Made by a program: the position numbers and the translations under genes. The notes under the pieces are model-generated. The model did no database searches and had not been told where the DNA came from. It saw nothing but the letters and a program-made list of their open reading frames with translations. A stretch of 47,569 bases of DNA from positions 1 through 47,569 of the IMG/VR virus record IMGVR_UViG_3300010309_000056; one strand, 5' to 3'. Position 1 is the first letter of the stretch. Every line of letters starts with the position of its first letter. This document shows, in pieces, positions 27,741-36,887 of the stretch. This stretch comes from a virus (Duplodnaviria > Caudoviricetes).

Positions 27741-27748
27741 TATAAATA
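27741..27748 (+). promoter_or_regulatory. Late promoter TATAAATA
   Basis: Exact match upstream of the 27785 ORF. Confidence 0.75.
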
Positions 27749-27784
27749 TCAGATACACTAATAATAAAAAAAACTAGGTGTAAT

Positions 27785-28264
27785 ATGATCGACCCTATAA
27801 CGGCTGTGGCTATGGCGACATCTGCGTTCAAGACTGTTCAAAAAATGGTTGCTATGGGACGTGACGTGGAAGATACCTTTGGCCAGATGGGCAAGTGGTA
27901 CTCAGCCGTGTCAGATTTCAACGAAGCTAAACGCAGAGCATTAAATCCTCCACTATTTCGAAAATTGGTAGATAGGACATCAGTAGAAGAAGAAGCTCTC
28001 AACACACTCATCCAAGAGAAAAAGATTCAGCAACAAGAAGCTGAACTAAGAAGTCTGTTAACTTACGCATATGGCCCATCTGGTTATCAAGAACTTATCG
28101 AGATGCGTAGAAAGATTCGCGAACAACGAGAAAAGACGATCTATGCTCAGGAACGTAAACGAAAGAATCTTATTAGTAACACGATAAACATTTCAATGAT
28201 AGGTGCTCTTGGGTACTTCCTATATCTTTTAATTTCTTTCATGTACAGTATCTGGCCACAATGA
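27785..28264 (+). CDS. Conserved phage membrane-anchored coiled-coil protein
   Basis: MIDPITAVAMATSAF..GKWY.A.SD; C-terminal hydrophobic segment. Confidence 0.75.
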   Translation: MIDPITAVAMATSAFKTVQKMVAMGRDVEDTFGQMGKWYSAVSDFNEAKRRALNPPLFRKLVDRTSVEEEALNTLIQEKKIQQQEAELRSLLTYAYGPSGYQELIEMRRKIREQREKTIYAQERKRKNLISNTINISMIGALGYFLYLLISFMYSIWPQ

Positions 28265-28467
28265 TACACGCATTCGTTCTGACAGTGATGTTAAAGGGAG
28301 TCATCGTATCTAATGATATGTACTTCGCTAGCATTAATGTGTGTCAAGAATATGCTCATGCTATAGTACACGGAAAACATACGAACGTCCATCATAACAA
28401 TATGGTGGGCGCTTACTGTATACCGACCAAAGTCGATCCATCGACAATTACTCTCTACGTCAAGTAA
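28261..28467 (+). CDS. Small hypothetical protein
   Basis: MIHAFVL..MYF.SI..C..YA..AYCIP; ATGA overlap. Confidence 0.65.
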   Translation: MIHAFVLTVMLKGVIVSNDMYFASINVCQEYAHAIVHGKHTNVHHNNMVGAYCIPTKVDPSTITLYVK

Positions 28468-28878
28468 TTAATCCATCATTTCAAAAGGGAAACAATCGAG
28501 GAACAGTTCACGTTCTAGACGATACGCTTCTTTCTCCCATGGCTGGTTGGTGTAAGCATAGTTGTCAGCGTTACGACCTTTCCATTTCCAGACACCGACA
28601 GCAGTCAACTCACCGCGAAGGAACTGGCGAGCGTGAACCATCTCATGAGCGAGTGCCTGCATTTGTTTTAGGAATGACTGGTCACGTCTAGCGATCTGGA
28701 TTTCAGCATAGTCCACGTCACCTTCACATAGACCTTGCGCAGAGTTATCAAGTTGAGTCTTGAACTTGATAGTGACCATTCGCGAAGTGAATCGGTGAAT
28801 CTTCAACGCACCCATAAGACGGGCGACGTACTCTTCAACGATCTCTGGTTTGGCGTGACGACCTTCAATACTATACAT
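28468..28878 (-). CDS. HExxH zincin-like metallopeptidase (paralog of 24354..24803)
   Basis: LAHEMVHARQ..PWEKEAY. Confidence 0.7.
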   Translation of the reverse strand: MYSIEGRHAKPEIVEEYVARLMGALKIHRFTSRMVTIKFKTQLDNSAQGLCEGDVDYAEIQIARRDQSFLKQMQALAHEMVHARQFLRGELTAVGVWKWKGRNADNYAYTNQPWEKEAYRLERELFLDCFPFEMMD

Positions 28879-28883
28879 AACGA

Positions 28884-28935
28884 CTCTCTCAATCAGTTAG
28901 GTAGCTATTATACCACCACTAACTACATTATACAA
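28884..28935 (-). promoter_or_regulatory. Degenerate early cassette (two -10 boxes, no clear -35)
   Basis: TATAAT(28912-28907)-AGCTACCTAACTGATTGAGAGAG. Confidence 0.6.
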
Positions 28936-28989
28936 CCCCAAAATCATCTTTTTTTAGAACTATTTGGAATATAGTGTAGTGTTTTATGA

Positions 28990-29298
28990 TCATCTGCGCA
29001 TATTGGCGTGGTCTTTCGCCTCTTGAGCGTCAATTATGGGTACCGCATTACTCTTGTGCATAGTACTGATACCTTTGACTAGAGTACCGGTGTAGTTCAT
29101 TCTTTCTTTCTTTTGGGTATCATGGATACCACTATCGAGGGATTTATAAACCGGAGTGTCCCTTCGGTAAGGTTCTGACCTCACTTCCATCGGTTCGAAC
29201 TTAATAGGAGTCTTCTTCTTAGTTGTCCATGCGTTGTATTTCTTCTTTCGACCAGAAGCATATGTTCTCATATTACCGTGCATCATAAAAAACCTCAC
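28990..29298 (-). CDS. Conserved T4-like hypothetical protein
   Basis: YTGTLVKGISTMHKSNAVPI..AKD.A.MRR. Confidence 0.75.
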   Translation of the reverse strand: MRFFMMHGNMRTYASGRKKKYNAWTTKKKTPIKFEPMEVRSEPYRRDTPVYKSLDSGIHDTQKKERMNYTGTLVKGISTMHKSNAVPIIDAQEAKDHANMRR

Positions 29299-29359
29299 TT
29301 ACTGTAACTACTAAATACATGTAACAGTGCTATACTATCCAACCCTGTTTGGAATAGAG

Positions 29360-29407
29360 ATTATAACACACAAATAAGCTTCTGTCAAATTTATTTGAGT
29401 ATAAATA
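29360..29407. promoter_or_regulatory. Divergent early (minus) and late (plus) promoters
   Basis: Minus TTGACA(29388-29383)-17-TATAAT; plus TATAAATA at 29400-29407. Confidence 0.8.
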
Positions 29408-29412
29408 ACACC

Positions 29413-29679
29413 ATGAAAGATTATAACTTCGATTTCGGGTTTACTGCTGTAGATGAGACTGAACTAGATGCTGTTCAGGAGGCACTCTGTGCCGCCAATG
29501 AGAATTCTACGACGGCCAGTGAACTCGAACAACGTTTAGACAATCTGTACAATGCGGTTCAACCACTACTATCTAACCTAAAGAAGAATCCTGAAAAGGA
29601 GTATATCTTATGGCCGAACCGTCTTGATAAGATTGAAGAATTTGAAACCCACATTCAAAACATTTACATAGGACACTAA
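29413..29679 (+). CDS. Conserved T4-like hypothetical protein
   Basis: FDFGFTAVDETEL..LLSNLKKNPEKEYILWPNR. Confidence 0.75.
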   Translation: MKDYNFDFGFTAVDETELDAVQEALCAANENSTTASELEQRLDNLYNAVQPLLSNLKKNPEKEYILWPNRLDKIEEFETHIQNIYIGH

Positions 29680-29683
29680 CCCA

Positions 29684-30547
29684 ATGTTTTACAGCCCAAA
29701 AAAAGAACTCATCCTCCGTGACTTGAATGAAGATGGTTCAGCGTTTTATCAATTTGTATATGGTGGGGAAAAGGAATCACTTGCCCTTGAATTGAGCACT
29801 CAGTTAAAAACTATTCTTCACGAAGACGGAAAATATTTGGCATACCAGAACTCGGATGTGAACACAATAGAAGAAGTTCTCAATCGAGTACCAATGTTTC
29901 TTAACATGTTAAAGCATCGCGGATACAAAAATATCCTATATGTGGGCCATTTCAACGACGGTCAAACTAGCTGGATTCTAGACGAGTATGCTGACCGTAC
30001 ATTGGATGTGTTGCCTCCAGAACGTTCAGGACTGGGTTCTCAGATTGATCCTAATATCATCGTCCAGTTCCTACCATTGTTACACAAAGCATTCAACTAC
30101 CGTGGGGGCTTTAAAGTAGCACGACCAACTCGACCACAGCACCGTGGCTTACTTTATTCCTTGTATGGTCTGAATGGTCTTCGAGGCCATATGGTTCAGG
30201 CATCTAGTCAGTACAGTCATGGTAACTTGGATTGGACTGTTGAGTCTACAGAAGAGAAATTTGATGCTGTAGTATTCTTAGGTTGTCCTAAGTATGATAA
30301 CAGGGCGTTCTCTTTCAGAGAAGTATATGACCAATTTGCGCAATACTGTACTCCAGACTTTGAACTAGTCGACTTGTACTATGGTGCACCCGACGCTGGT
30401 AAGTGGGTAGGTGGTGAGAAGAAATCAACTGTTTCAGACATCGACGTAGCATTCACTACTCGTTCTCAATGGGATTCAGAAATTAAAGATGGTGGGGGTC
30501 GACCAGAAGAGGTCGAGAACTTCCGTCGTATGCTAACCGTATTTTAA
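29684..30547 (+). CDS. Hypothetical late protein
   Basis: 287-aa ORF between a late promoter and a terminator. Confidence 0.75.
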   Translation: MFYSPKKELILRDLNEDGSAFYQFVYGGEKESLALELSTQLKTILHEDGKYLAYQNSDVNTIEEVLNRVPMFLNMLKHRGYKNILYVGHFNDGQTSWILDEYADRTLDVLPPERSGLGSQIDPNIIVQFLPLLHKAFNYRGGFKVARPTRPQHRGLLYSLYGLNGLRGHMVQASSQYSHGNLDWTVESTEEKFDAVVFLGCPKYDNRAFSFREVYDQFAQYCTPDFELVDLYYGAPDAGKWVGGEKKSTVSDIDVAFTTRSQWDSEIKDGGGRPEEVENFRRMLTVF

Positions 30548-30568
30548 GAATATCCCCGGCAAGGATAG

Positions 30569-30595
30569 GGGGAGCATTGCGCTCCCCTTTTTTTT
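30569..30595 (+). terminator. Intrinsic terminator
   Basis: GGGGAGC-ATTGC-GCTCCCC followed by T8. Confidence 0.85.
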
Positions 30596-30749
30596 ATATC
30601 AGTAGTAATATAATTCCGGCGATACCACACCATATCAAAACATTAGGGTAAATCGTCCAGCACATTTTGAAATCACGTGCGGTTATCAACACAAATTCTT
30701 TTACTTTTGGTGCGTACTCTTCATATAATTCTTTTAGTTTGTCCTTCAT
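30594..30749 (-). CDS. Small C-terminally anchored membrane protein (51 aa; not in ORF track)
   Basis: MKDKLKELYEE..NVLIWCGIAGIILLLI; ATGA overlap, GGAG SD. Confidence 0.55.
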   Translation of the reverse strand: MKDKLKELYEEYAPKVKEFVLITARDFKMCWTIYPNVLIWCGIAGIILLLI

Positions 30750-31378
30750 AGTTTTTCTCCTACGACAACAGTAACATTGGTGGGTTTGATGAATTTTAAC
30801 TTATCATGGCTATGATACACGAAAAACTCTGTTTTGTCAAACTCTTGGAAGAACTTTTGCCAAATAGGTCTCCAGTTACTTGCCATGCGGTGTACGTTCA
30901 GTGCGCTTCTATCACTCTGTAAGAAGTTATCAGTAAAACTGTCTAGGTTCATATCAAACATAGAGTCAAACCCGTACATGTGAACTTCCTTCGCCTGCAT
31001 AACACGACACGCATAGTCTACCGCCATATGACCGCACGAATAGTTTGTGGCAGCATCTTCTAGTTTCTGACCCCTAAGTTGTGCGTACGTTGGTATGTAG
31101 GTGTGAAAACCCTTGATGTTCTGGGCATACTTCATGTAGAATGTGGGATTCTTTTCCATCCACCGACGAGGTCGCGTCCCTAGAATCCAGTCGTACATAT
31201 CTAATTGTACTGACTGATCTTGTAGCGCAGTCATCATTTTGAAGTCTACCATACAAGAACCATAGACTTCTTCTTTATCTAGTGACATAGGGGGCATGTT
31301 ACATACCAACAGCAGACCACTAGACCCACGTTCGAACATGGTTGCGTGATCTCCGTTACCTAAGACGTTAACTTTCAT
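30746..31378 (-). CDS. Maf/CstII-like (sialyltransferase-type fold) protein
   Basis: VNVLGNG..CN..SCGHMAVDYA..EVHMYGFD pattern. Confidence 0.5.
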   Translation of the reverse strand: MKVNVLGNGDHATMFERGSSGLLLVCNMPPMSLDKEEVYGSCMVDFKMMTALQDQSVQLDMYDWILGTRPRRWMEKNPTFYMKYAQNIKGFHTYIPTYAQLRGQKLEDAATNYSCGHMAVDYACRVMQAKEVHMYGFDSMFDMNLDSFTDNFLQSDRSALNVHRMASNWRPIWQKFFQEFDKTEFFVYHSHDKLKFIKPTNVTVVVGEKL

Positions 31379-31387
31379 TTCAATATC

Positions 31388-31723
31388 CTACAGAATGTAT
31401 TCTTTAGCGTGGTTTTCTTTAATCATGAGTTGATTGAGGTTTACTCCTTCGACCTCAATCTCTCCTAGTATACGTCCATACTTACCCGTCTTATGGGTTG
31501 TTAGTTTGACTTGTGTCCCTACTGGGGCATGTTCTTCGGCGAATCGTGCGGCCTCTTTCCCAAGAGACTTTTCGGCAAGATCTCTAGTGCGAGACTCAGG
31601 AGCATCAATACCCCATAAACGAATACGCTGATTACCATAAACAAGACCGAACCCAAGATCAATGTCAACGTCAACAGTGTCGCCATCAACCCATCTTTTA
31701 ATTGTTGCGATATACACATACAT
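31388..31723 (-). CDS. SNase-like (thermonuclease family) nuclease
   Basis: VDGDTVD..RIRLWGIDAPE..GKYGRILG. Confidence 0.88.
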   Translation of the reverse strand: MYVYIATIKRWVDGDTVDVDIDLGFGLVYGNQRIRLWGIDAPESRTRDLAEKSLGKEAARFAEEHAPVGTQVKLTTHKTGKYGRILGEIEVEGVNLNQLMIKENHAKEYIL

Positions 31724-32196
31724 TATTTTCTAAAACCTCGTGACTTGTCTAACGCACGTGAACCAAACCAAAACGAGATGATAGCGGCAAAGATTGCTTT
31801 AGTGTCATCGTCCCATAGTATAGCTATTGCGTTATTAAAGTCAACACCGTCCTCGGCGTTCATTGCGTTCATTAAGAGAGTAACCTCAATAACAGCAAAA
31901 AGTCCAAAGAAACTATATGTGATTATAGGGCGTACCGACTTCTGTAGTCCGGCAATGAACCCTGTACCTTGGTTGATTGAGATGTCATGTTCGATTAGTC
32001 GGGCATGCTCTTTATCTGCCGCCTGCGTCTCAAACATTTTCATATCGTGGTCGAATCCGGCAGCACGTAGTTCAGCCATCTTCTCCATCTTCTTTAATTC
32101 AAATTCGTTGTCTCTTTTAGACTTGAAGTGATCCGTTACCGCAGGGACAAGGGAACCCGTCAAACCTAATAGTGAACCTAATAATCCGCTTAACAT
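31723..32196 (-). CDS. Putative holin (3TM / GTA-holin-like)
   Basis: SVRPIITY..hydrophobic segments..AIISFWFGSR, basic C-terminus. Confidence 0.65.
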   Translation of the reverse strand: MLSGLLGSLLGLTGSLVPAVTDHFKSKRDNEFELKKMEKMAELRAAGFDHDMKMFETQAADKEHARLIEHDISINQGTGFIAGLQKSVRPIITYSFFGLFAVIEVTLLMNAMNAEDGVDFNNAIAILWDDDTKAIFAAIISFWFGSRALDKSRGFRK

Positions 32197-32208
32197 TATA
32201 TTATTCTC

Positions 32209-32883
32209 CTATTGGTGCCAGTAGTCTTTAACCCACTCCTGTGGCTCATATGTGCGCACGGGTGTGGTAATGGACTCTGACATAGATTGTATGATACTTG
32301 GTCTCCCGTGGAAACATATTATGGAAACGTCTTCTATGTTATCGGGGTACACTTCGTATTTATATGATTTTAACTCATCTGGGAATACTTGCTGTAGTAA
32401 GGTACGATTGGTTATAGTTTCGTTGAGGTATTCCCCATCTCCTCGGAACTCTTTTGTCACGATAACTCTTTTAAAGAAAAACTCTTTGTACACCCAATCC
32501 ATACTTTCAGAGTCCCATGCCATGACACCACTCTGTAGTTTATCTTTTAGATGTGGTTGATGTTCATTCACATGACCTAGGTCTTCTATACCCATAAATC
32601 CACCGGTATAGTTTAGTAACCAGTCTATGTTGCCTACAATCAAAGTATCGAGGTCTAGGTATACCATCCTACCGTAGATATCTCCATCAAACAGTTGTAG
32701 TTTGTTCCACCAACCAGTAAGGCCTGGCTTCAGAAACTTGGTGTCGACACCATCTATATGTCTATCACTCAAACACACAAACTTATGACGTACCGTAGTG
32801 TTTCTTTCAACTCCAGCCTTCAGATTACGGACATAGTCTTCAGAGAACTTGTCTCCCCAAAGAACGCAGCATACTGTTACCAT
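32209..32883 (-). CDS. GT-A fold glycosyltransferase (GT8-like)
   Basis: CVLWGDKF..F.CLSD..GWWNKLQLF..YLDLD..SGVM..GD..FHGRP. Confidence 0.75.
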   Translation of the reverse strand: MVTVCCVLWGDKFSEDYVRNLKAGVERNTTVRHKFVCLSDRHIDGVDTKFLKPGLTGWWNKLQLFDGDIYGRMVYLDLDTLIVGNIDWLLNYTGGFMGIEDLGHVNEHQPHLKDKLQSGVMAWDSESMDWVYKEFFFKRVIVTKEFRGDGEYLNETITNRTLLQQVFPDELKSYKYEVYPDNIEDVSIICFHGRPSIIQSMSESITTPVRTYEPQEWVKDYWHQ

Positions 32884-33152
32884 TAACTGGCTATCAACTT
32901 AATGTCGTCATAATCGATTACAGCGCACTGTATACCATCTAATTCTACTGCCATCGCTTTGCCCCAATCAAAGTAGATTGTACTACCCGCTGAGATAGTT
33001 TGATGTTGTGCGACTTCAATACTCATACTAACTACCGTGGCAGGTTTATGACCCGTAGGTTTTATTCCTGATATAATAAGACCACTAGCAGTCTTCGTGT
33101 CTTGTTCTTTTTGTGCGGTAACTAAAACGTTATTATGTAAAACTTTCATCAT
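32883..33152 (-). CDS. GroES-like co-chaperonin
   Basis: MKVLHNNVLV..KTASGLII..ATVVS..VIDYDDIKLI. Confidence 0.7.
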   Translation of the reverse strand: MMKVLHNNVLVTAQKEQDTKTASGLIISGIKPTGHKPATVVSMSIEVAQHQTISAGSTIYFDWGKAMAVELDGIQCAVIDYDDIKLIAS

Positions 33153-33215
33153 TTTTCCAATTTATAAAGAGAGGTAAAGTATTCACCCCTACCCCCTAAT
33201 TTATATGTTTACTAA

Positions 33216-33860
33216 CTACACTTCTGTTATATCATAGTTCGAGTCATAGTTATGTTTAGCGAGACATCCAGTGACATTCTGTATGGTGGTAAACGTATCT
33301 TGAGCCTCTGCCGACCACGGATAATACTCTTCCAGCCAATCAAAACGTTCTCTCGATAGATAAACATCTGTAGTCATTGCGTGAAGTGGAGCAGCGTCAA
33401 TTAGTCGTTGAGCACCTTCGGGTGTTACGATATATGCGTGTGCGCCTGGAAAGTAAGGTTTAGATGTCAGTCGTCCCCAACCAGAGGAAGGTAGTAGGAA
33501 TTTGCCGTACGAAGGTTTCCCTATGTTCCCCACATATTTTGGTAGTGTCGTGGGGATAGGATTGTTCACTACCGCGTCATGCTCAAAGATAACGAACGGT
33601 TCGTTTTGTTGAACACAGTTTTTCCACAGGGAGTAGTGAGAAAGGAATGCGGATAAAGAATTTTCTAGACGAGAGTAACGTCCTTGGAATCTACTGATAG
33701 GAATAACTTCACGGTTACATATACCTAGTATATCATCTTTAGGGGTGATTGCGTCAAACTTGACGACATCCAACCCGTAGTCTTTTGCTGTCTGTATACA
33801 TCTGTCCGCGACTTGCTCGGACTTCTCATGGTCTTTGATTGTGATAACGAAAGCTTTCAT
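33216..33860 (-). CDS. GT25-family glycosyltransferase
   Basis: AFVITI..FDAI..FLSHYSLW..IFEHDA..GAHAYIVTPEGA.RL..D. Confidence 0.8.
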   Translation of the reverse strand: MKAFVITIKDHEKSEQVADRCIQTAKDYGLDVVKFDAITPKDDILGICNREVIPISRFQGRYSRLENSLSAFLSHYSLWKNCVQQNEPFVIFEHDAVVNNPIPTTLPKYVGNIGKPSYGKFLLPSSGWGRLTSKPYFPGAHAYIVTPEGAQRLIDAAPLHAMTTDVYLSRERFDWLEEYYPWSAEAQDTFTTIQNVTGCLAKHNYDSNYDITEV

Positions 33861-33873
33861 AAAAATCTCATAT

Positions 33874-33897
33874 AAAAAAGCGGACGTGGAGTCCGCT
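33874..33897 (-). terminator. Intrinsic terminator
   Basis: Minus AGCGGAC-TCCAC-GTCCGCT plus T run. Confidence 0.75.
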
Positions 33898-33921
33898 CTT
33901 TGAATTACTGTATACTAATAC

Positions 33922-34623
33922 TTATACGTTATAGAAGTGTGCGTCTACGCTAGCAGCTTGTTCGCGTTCAATCCAGTCCGCATAAACGTCAACCTTTTCT
34001 AATAGATTGCTTCCAGAACCCTTACGCAAATTACGGATACCTGAATCATCAACAACCTTATTGATTGCTTCAAAATTTACTTGAACTTCTTTACGAATCT
34101 TACCGTAAGAGTCAGTAGTTTTAGGACTTAGGTGATCAATTACTTTAGTAAGAACTGTGTGAGTGTTTTCCACAAGATTCTCGTATGAAACGTCTAGAGC
34201 GTAGGTTAACAATTTAGAATCTCTATTGAACATATCGAGTAGAGAATAACCCATGTCTTCTTTCAAGAAGTCTTCGAAGGACATGCCTACTGAATACTCT
34301 CGCCATAGATGAGTTAACACATCTTTTTCGTCACGATGCATTCTAATAAAGTTGTGAGAAGTTAACTGGCCCGCCTCTAGAGCAAAGATAAAGCTGCCCA
34401 TAGTACTAATGTCTGTCCACGGGCAGAACCCTAGACATGTACTTTGTAGGCTGTTCCACTGTACTTTTCGTGCGTTTACAGCATTTTGTAGATTAGAACC
34501 AAAATCTGCGCCTTCCACTTCGCGTAGATACATTCCATATAGGTTCTGTAATAGATCACCACCAGCTCCGGCAGCACCTACAACGAAAAAGTTGTCGGCA
34601 GTTCTTACTAAAATATTTTCCAT
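33922..34623 (-). CDS. Sulfotransferase-fold protein with degenerate PAPS loop
   Basis: FFVVGAAGAGGDLLQNL (cf. G-x-x-RSGTTLL), RDEKDVL, VSYENLVEN..L..VIDHL. Confidence 0.5.
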   Translation of the reverse strand: MENILVRTADNFFVVGAAGAGGDLLQNLYGMYLREVEGADFGSNLQNAVNARKVQWNSLQSTCLGFCPWTDISTMGSFIFALEAGQLTSHNFIRMHRDEKDVLTHLWREYSVGMSFEDFLKEDMGYSLLDMFNRDSKLLTYALDVSYENLVENTHTVLTKVIDHLSPKTTDSYGKIRKEVQVNFEAINKVVDDSGIRNLRKGSGSNLLEKVDVYADWIEREQAASVDAHFYNV

Positions 34624-34664
34624 TGAGATTAACTCTCCGTTACGGGTTTTTAAAAGATTACTGT

Positions 34665-34672
34665 TATTTATA
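34665..34672 (-). promoter_or_regulatory. Late promoter TATAAATA
   Basis: About 41 nt upstream of the 34623 start. Confidence 0.75.
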
Positions 34673-34694
34673 AGATTTTATTGTCTGATATTAC

Positions 34695-35681
34695 CTAATC
34701 ACGGTAATCATTCAAATCGAACTTTGTGCCATGCATTTTCATGAGGTCTCGTTCGTGATTAGTGTACACCAATACTTCGGGGTCTTCGATCAAGAAGTCG
34801 CAACTCTTACAGAAATCTGGATAATCTCCGGTTCGGTGTTGTTCCCGTAGAGTCTCGTACTCTTCACCAAAAAAGATGTCTGCGATATTATCTTCGGAAC
34901 AGTGACCAAGAACTGCCTCTTCATCTCGACCAAGAACCTGACAACATGGATGTACAGCACCGGTCTTCTTATCAAGACCACCGGCACGGATTACTACATC
35001 CGGAGAGAATGGTCGGCCACAAGTCTTGATCTTACCTTTACGTGCGTTATCACCAATATCCCAAGCGCCAGACCAGTTATGCATCTTCCATATCTCGGTC
35101 TTGACGCCTAGTTCATCAACCAAGGTCTTGTACTTCTCTAGTTCCTCGTCAATGTTATTGTTGTCTGTGATTAGGTGGTAGGTAGATACTACACAGTCCG
35201 AACCCGACTCTTTGACGTACGCAACCATCTCTTCGATGTTACGTCTAATCTGAGCGTAGTGTCCTCCTACTGCGTTGTACATCCACTTACTATAGTCTTG
35301 TTCGTCCGAACCGATGAATGAGAATCGATAGAAGTCCAGACCAGCATCAACACAATCTCTCATGTACTGACCTTCCATCTTAAATCCATTAGAGAAGATG
35401 AATGCCTTCGCACCGTACTTCTTCACTACCTTAATGTACTCCGGTAGGTTCTTAGCCATGGTGGCTTCACCCGAACCATCTAGGTTGACAACGTTCAATC
35501 CGTACTGCGCACAATCCGCAACGTACTTCTCGAACTCATCGAGTTTCATGATGCGGCGAAACCCTTTATGTCGTCCACCTTCACGTAAATCTTGTGGACA
35601 CATAGAGCATGAATAGTTACATCCCCCCGCGACCTCGATTACTGCGCGATCAATCTGAAATGTTTCTCTAGTCATTTCCAT
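34695..35681 (-). CDS. Radical SAM enzyme with SPASM/twitch domain
   Basis: CNYSCSMC (Cx3Cx2C), GSGEA, FSNG; C-terminal CGRP..VHPCC..CKSC. Confidence 0.9.
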   Translation of the reverse strand: MEMTRETFQIDRAVIEVAGGCNYSCSMCPQDLREGGRHKGFRRIMKLDEFEKYVADCAQYGLNVVNLDGSGEATMAKNLPEYIKVVKKYGAKAFIFSNGFKMEGQYMRDCVDAGLDFYRFSFIGSDEQDYSKWMYNAVGGHYAQIRRNIEEMVAYVKESGSDCVVSTYHLITDNNNIDEELEKYKTLVDELGVKTEIWKMHNWSGAWDIGDNARKGKIKTCGRPFSPDVVIRAGGLDKKTGAVHPCCQVLGRDEEAVLGHCSEDNIADIFFGEEYETLREQHRTGDYPDFCKSCDFLIEDPEVLVYTNHERDLMKMHGTKFDLNDYRD

Positions 35682-36564
35682 AGTATTTTCTCACTCTTTT
35701 TTCAAAATTAACTGCTTTACGTTTAGTGTGTCCTAGAAGTACTTCTATATGTTCTAACCACCACCATACACTCTTGTCGGCATATGATATTTCGGTACGT
35801 AATCTTAACGCATGTGGAGTATGATATTTAGTCACTCCTTCAGAACTGATTACAGCAAGCGGCCGCTGAAAGTTCTTCGCAATATAGTGCCATATTCCAT
35901 CGTAACACAAAACCAACCTTGAGGTTGAGATGAGATACATTGCTTCTGATACTGGAGTCCTGTATGATATCTCGTGACACTCAAACCCTTTGTCGCGCAA
36001 CAACTGTATCGCCGTGTCCCAATCACTCTGAGTAAATAAACGTTTCCATGTTCTCGGTTTTTCTGCGTTCCAAGTAGGTCTCCAAAAGACTATGCGGTTA
36101 TCTACTGTCTTTTGGAATGCGTCTTTTCGAAACAACCATTCATTATCAGGTATATCTCCACCCTCTTCGTCACTATATGCGCCAGACTCAAAAAAGAATC
36201 TCGCCTTGTCCCTTTGTATTGCGGCTACTCTACGTTCACCATTTGTTTCCAAAACAACATCATCGTCATACTTCCAGTCAGTATATCTTCCGGTGGAATT
36301 GAATATGTGATGAACCATAACCTTTTCTTTTTGGTGATAAAAGTTATGTATGTACTCTAGTCGTTCAATAATAGTTTCGGGGTCTTCGAAGTGGTGGTAG
36401 TAGTCTTCACCGTGCTCCCAATGGAACTCTAGGTTTACTTTGTCTAAGTTATTGTCGGCTACATGTTTATGGGCAGAATTTAGTGCCCACATAAAATCAC
36501 CAACTCCAGGCGTCCCTCTCCAAGTGATTAACTCGGAGGTTAGTATTACTTCAGACGCCATCAA
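35668..36564 (-). CDS. Putative GT-B glycosyltransferase (GT9-like)
   Basis: GVGDFMWAL start, K..W, LI..S..YDGIWHYIA (cf. DSG.xHxA). Confidence 0.45.
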   Translation of the reverse strand: MMASEVILTSELITWRGTPGVGDFMWALNSAHKHVADNNLDKVNLEFHWEHGEDYYHHFEDPETIIERLEYIHNFYHQKEKVMVHHIFNSTGRYTDWKYDDDVVLETNGERRVAAIQRDKARFFFESGAYSDEEGGDIPDNEWLFRKDAFQKTVDNRIVFWRPTWNAEKPRTWKRLFTQSDWDTAIQLLRDKGFECHEISYRTPVSEAMYLISTSRLVLCYDGIWHYIAKNFQRPLAVISSEGVTKYHTPHALRLRTEISYADKSVWWWLEHIEVLLGHTKRKAVNFEKRVRKYYGND

Positions 36565-36887
36565 CTGGAACTATTTTTTTTAGCACTTCGACCAGAGCTA
36601 GTAGATGTGTATAGTCCAAACCATGCGGCACCAGCACCAACTACCACAGATATGAGACCTGCCTGTGATGCGTTGGGTACCGGTATTAGCATGAACCATT
36701 TTACTGTTTCTATCAATAGATACATGTACACGCTGATAAAAGCGCGGGGGAAGATGCGGTAGGCATCTAATACCTCAGAAAAATCCAATAGGGGTTGAAA
36801 CCTATTGACACTAGTTTCCTTAGTAGAGGTATTAAGTTCTACCTCCAGTTCAATCTTCTTTCTTATTGGTTGTACATCTTCGGTCAT
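36561..36887 (-). CDS. Two-TM phage membrane protein
   Basis: DAYRIFPRAF..WFM..P..QAGLISVVVGAGAAWFGLY. Confidence 0.7.
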   Translation of the reverse strand: MTEDVQPIRKKIELEVELNTSTKETSVNRFQPLLDFSEVLDAYRIFPRAFISVYMYLLIETVKWFMLIPVPNASQAGLISVVVGAGAAWFGLYTSTSSGRSAKKNSSS

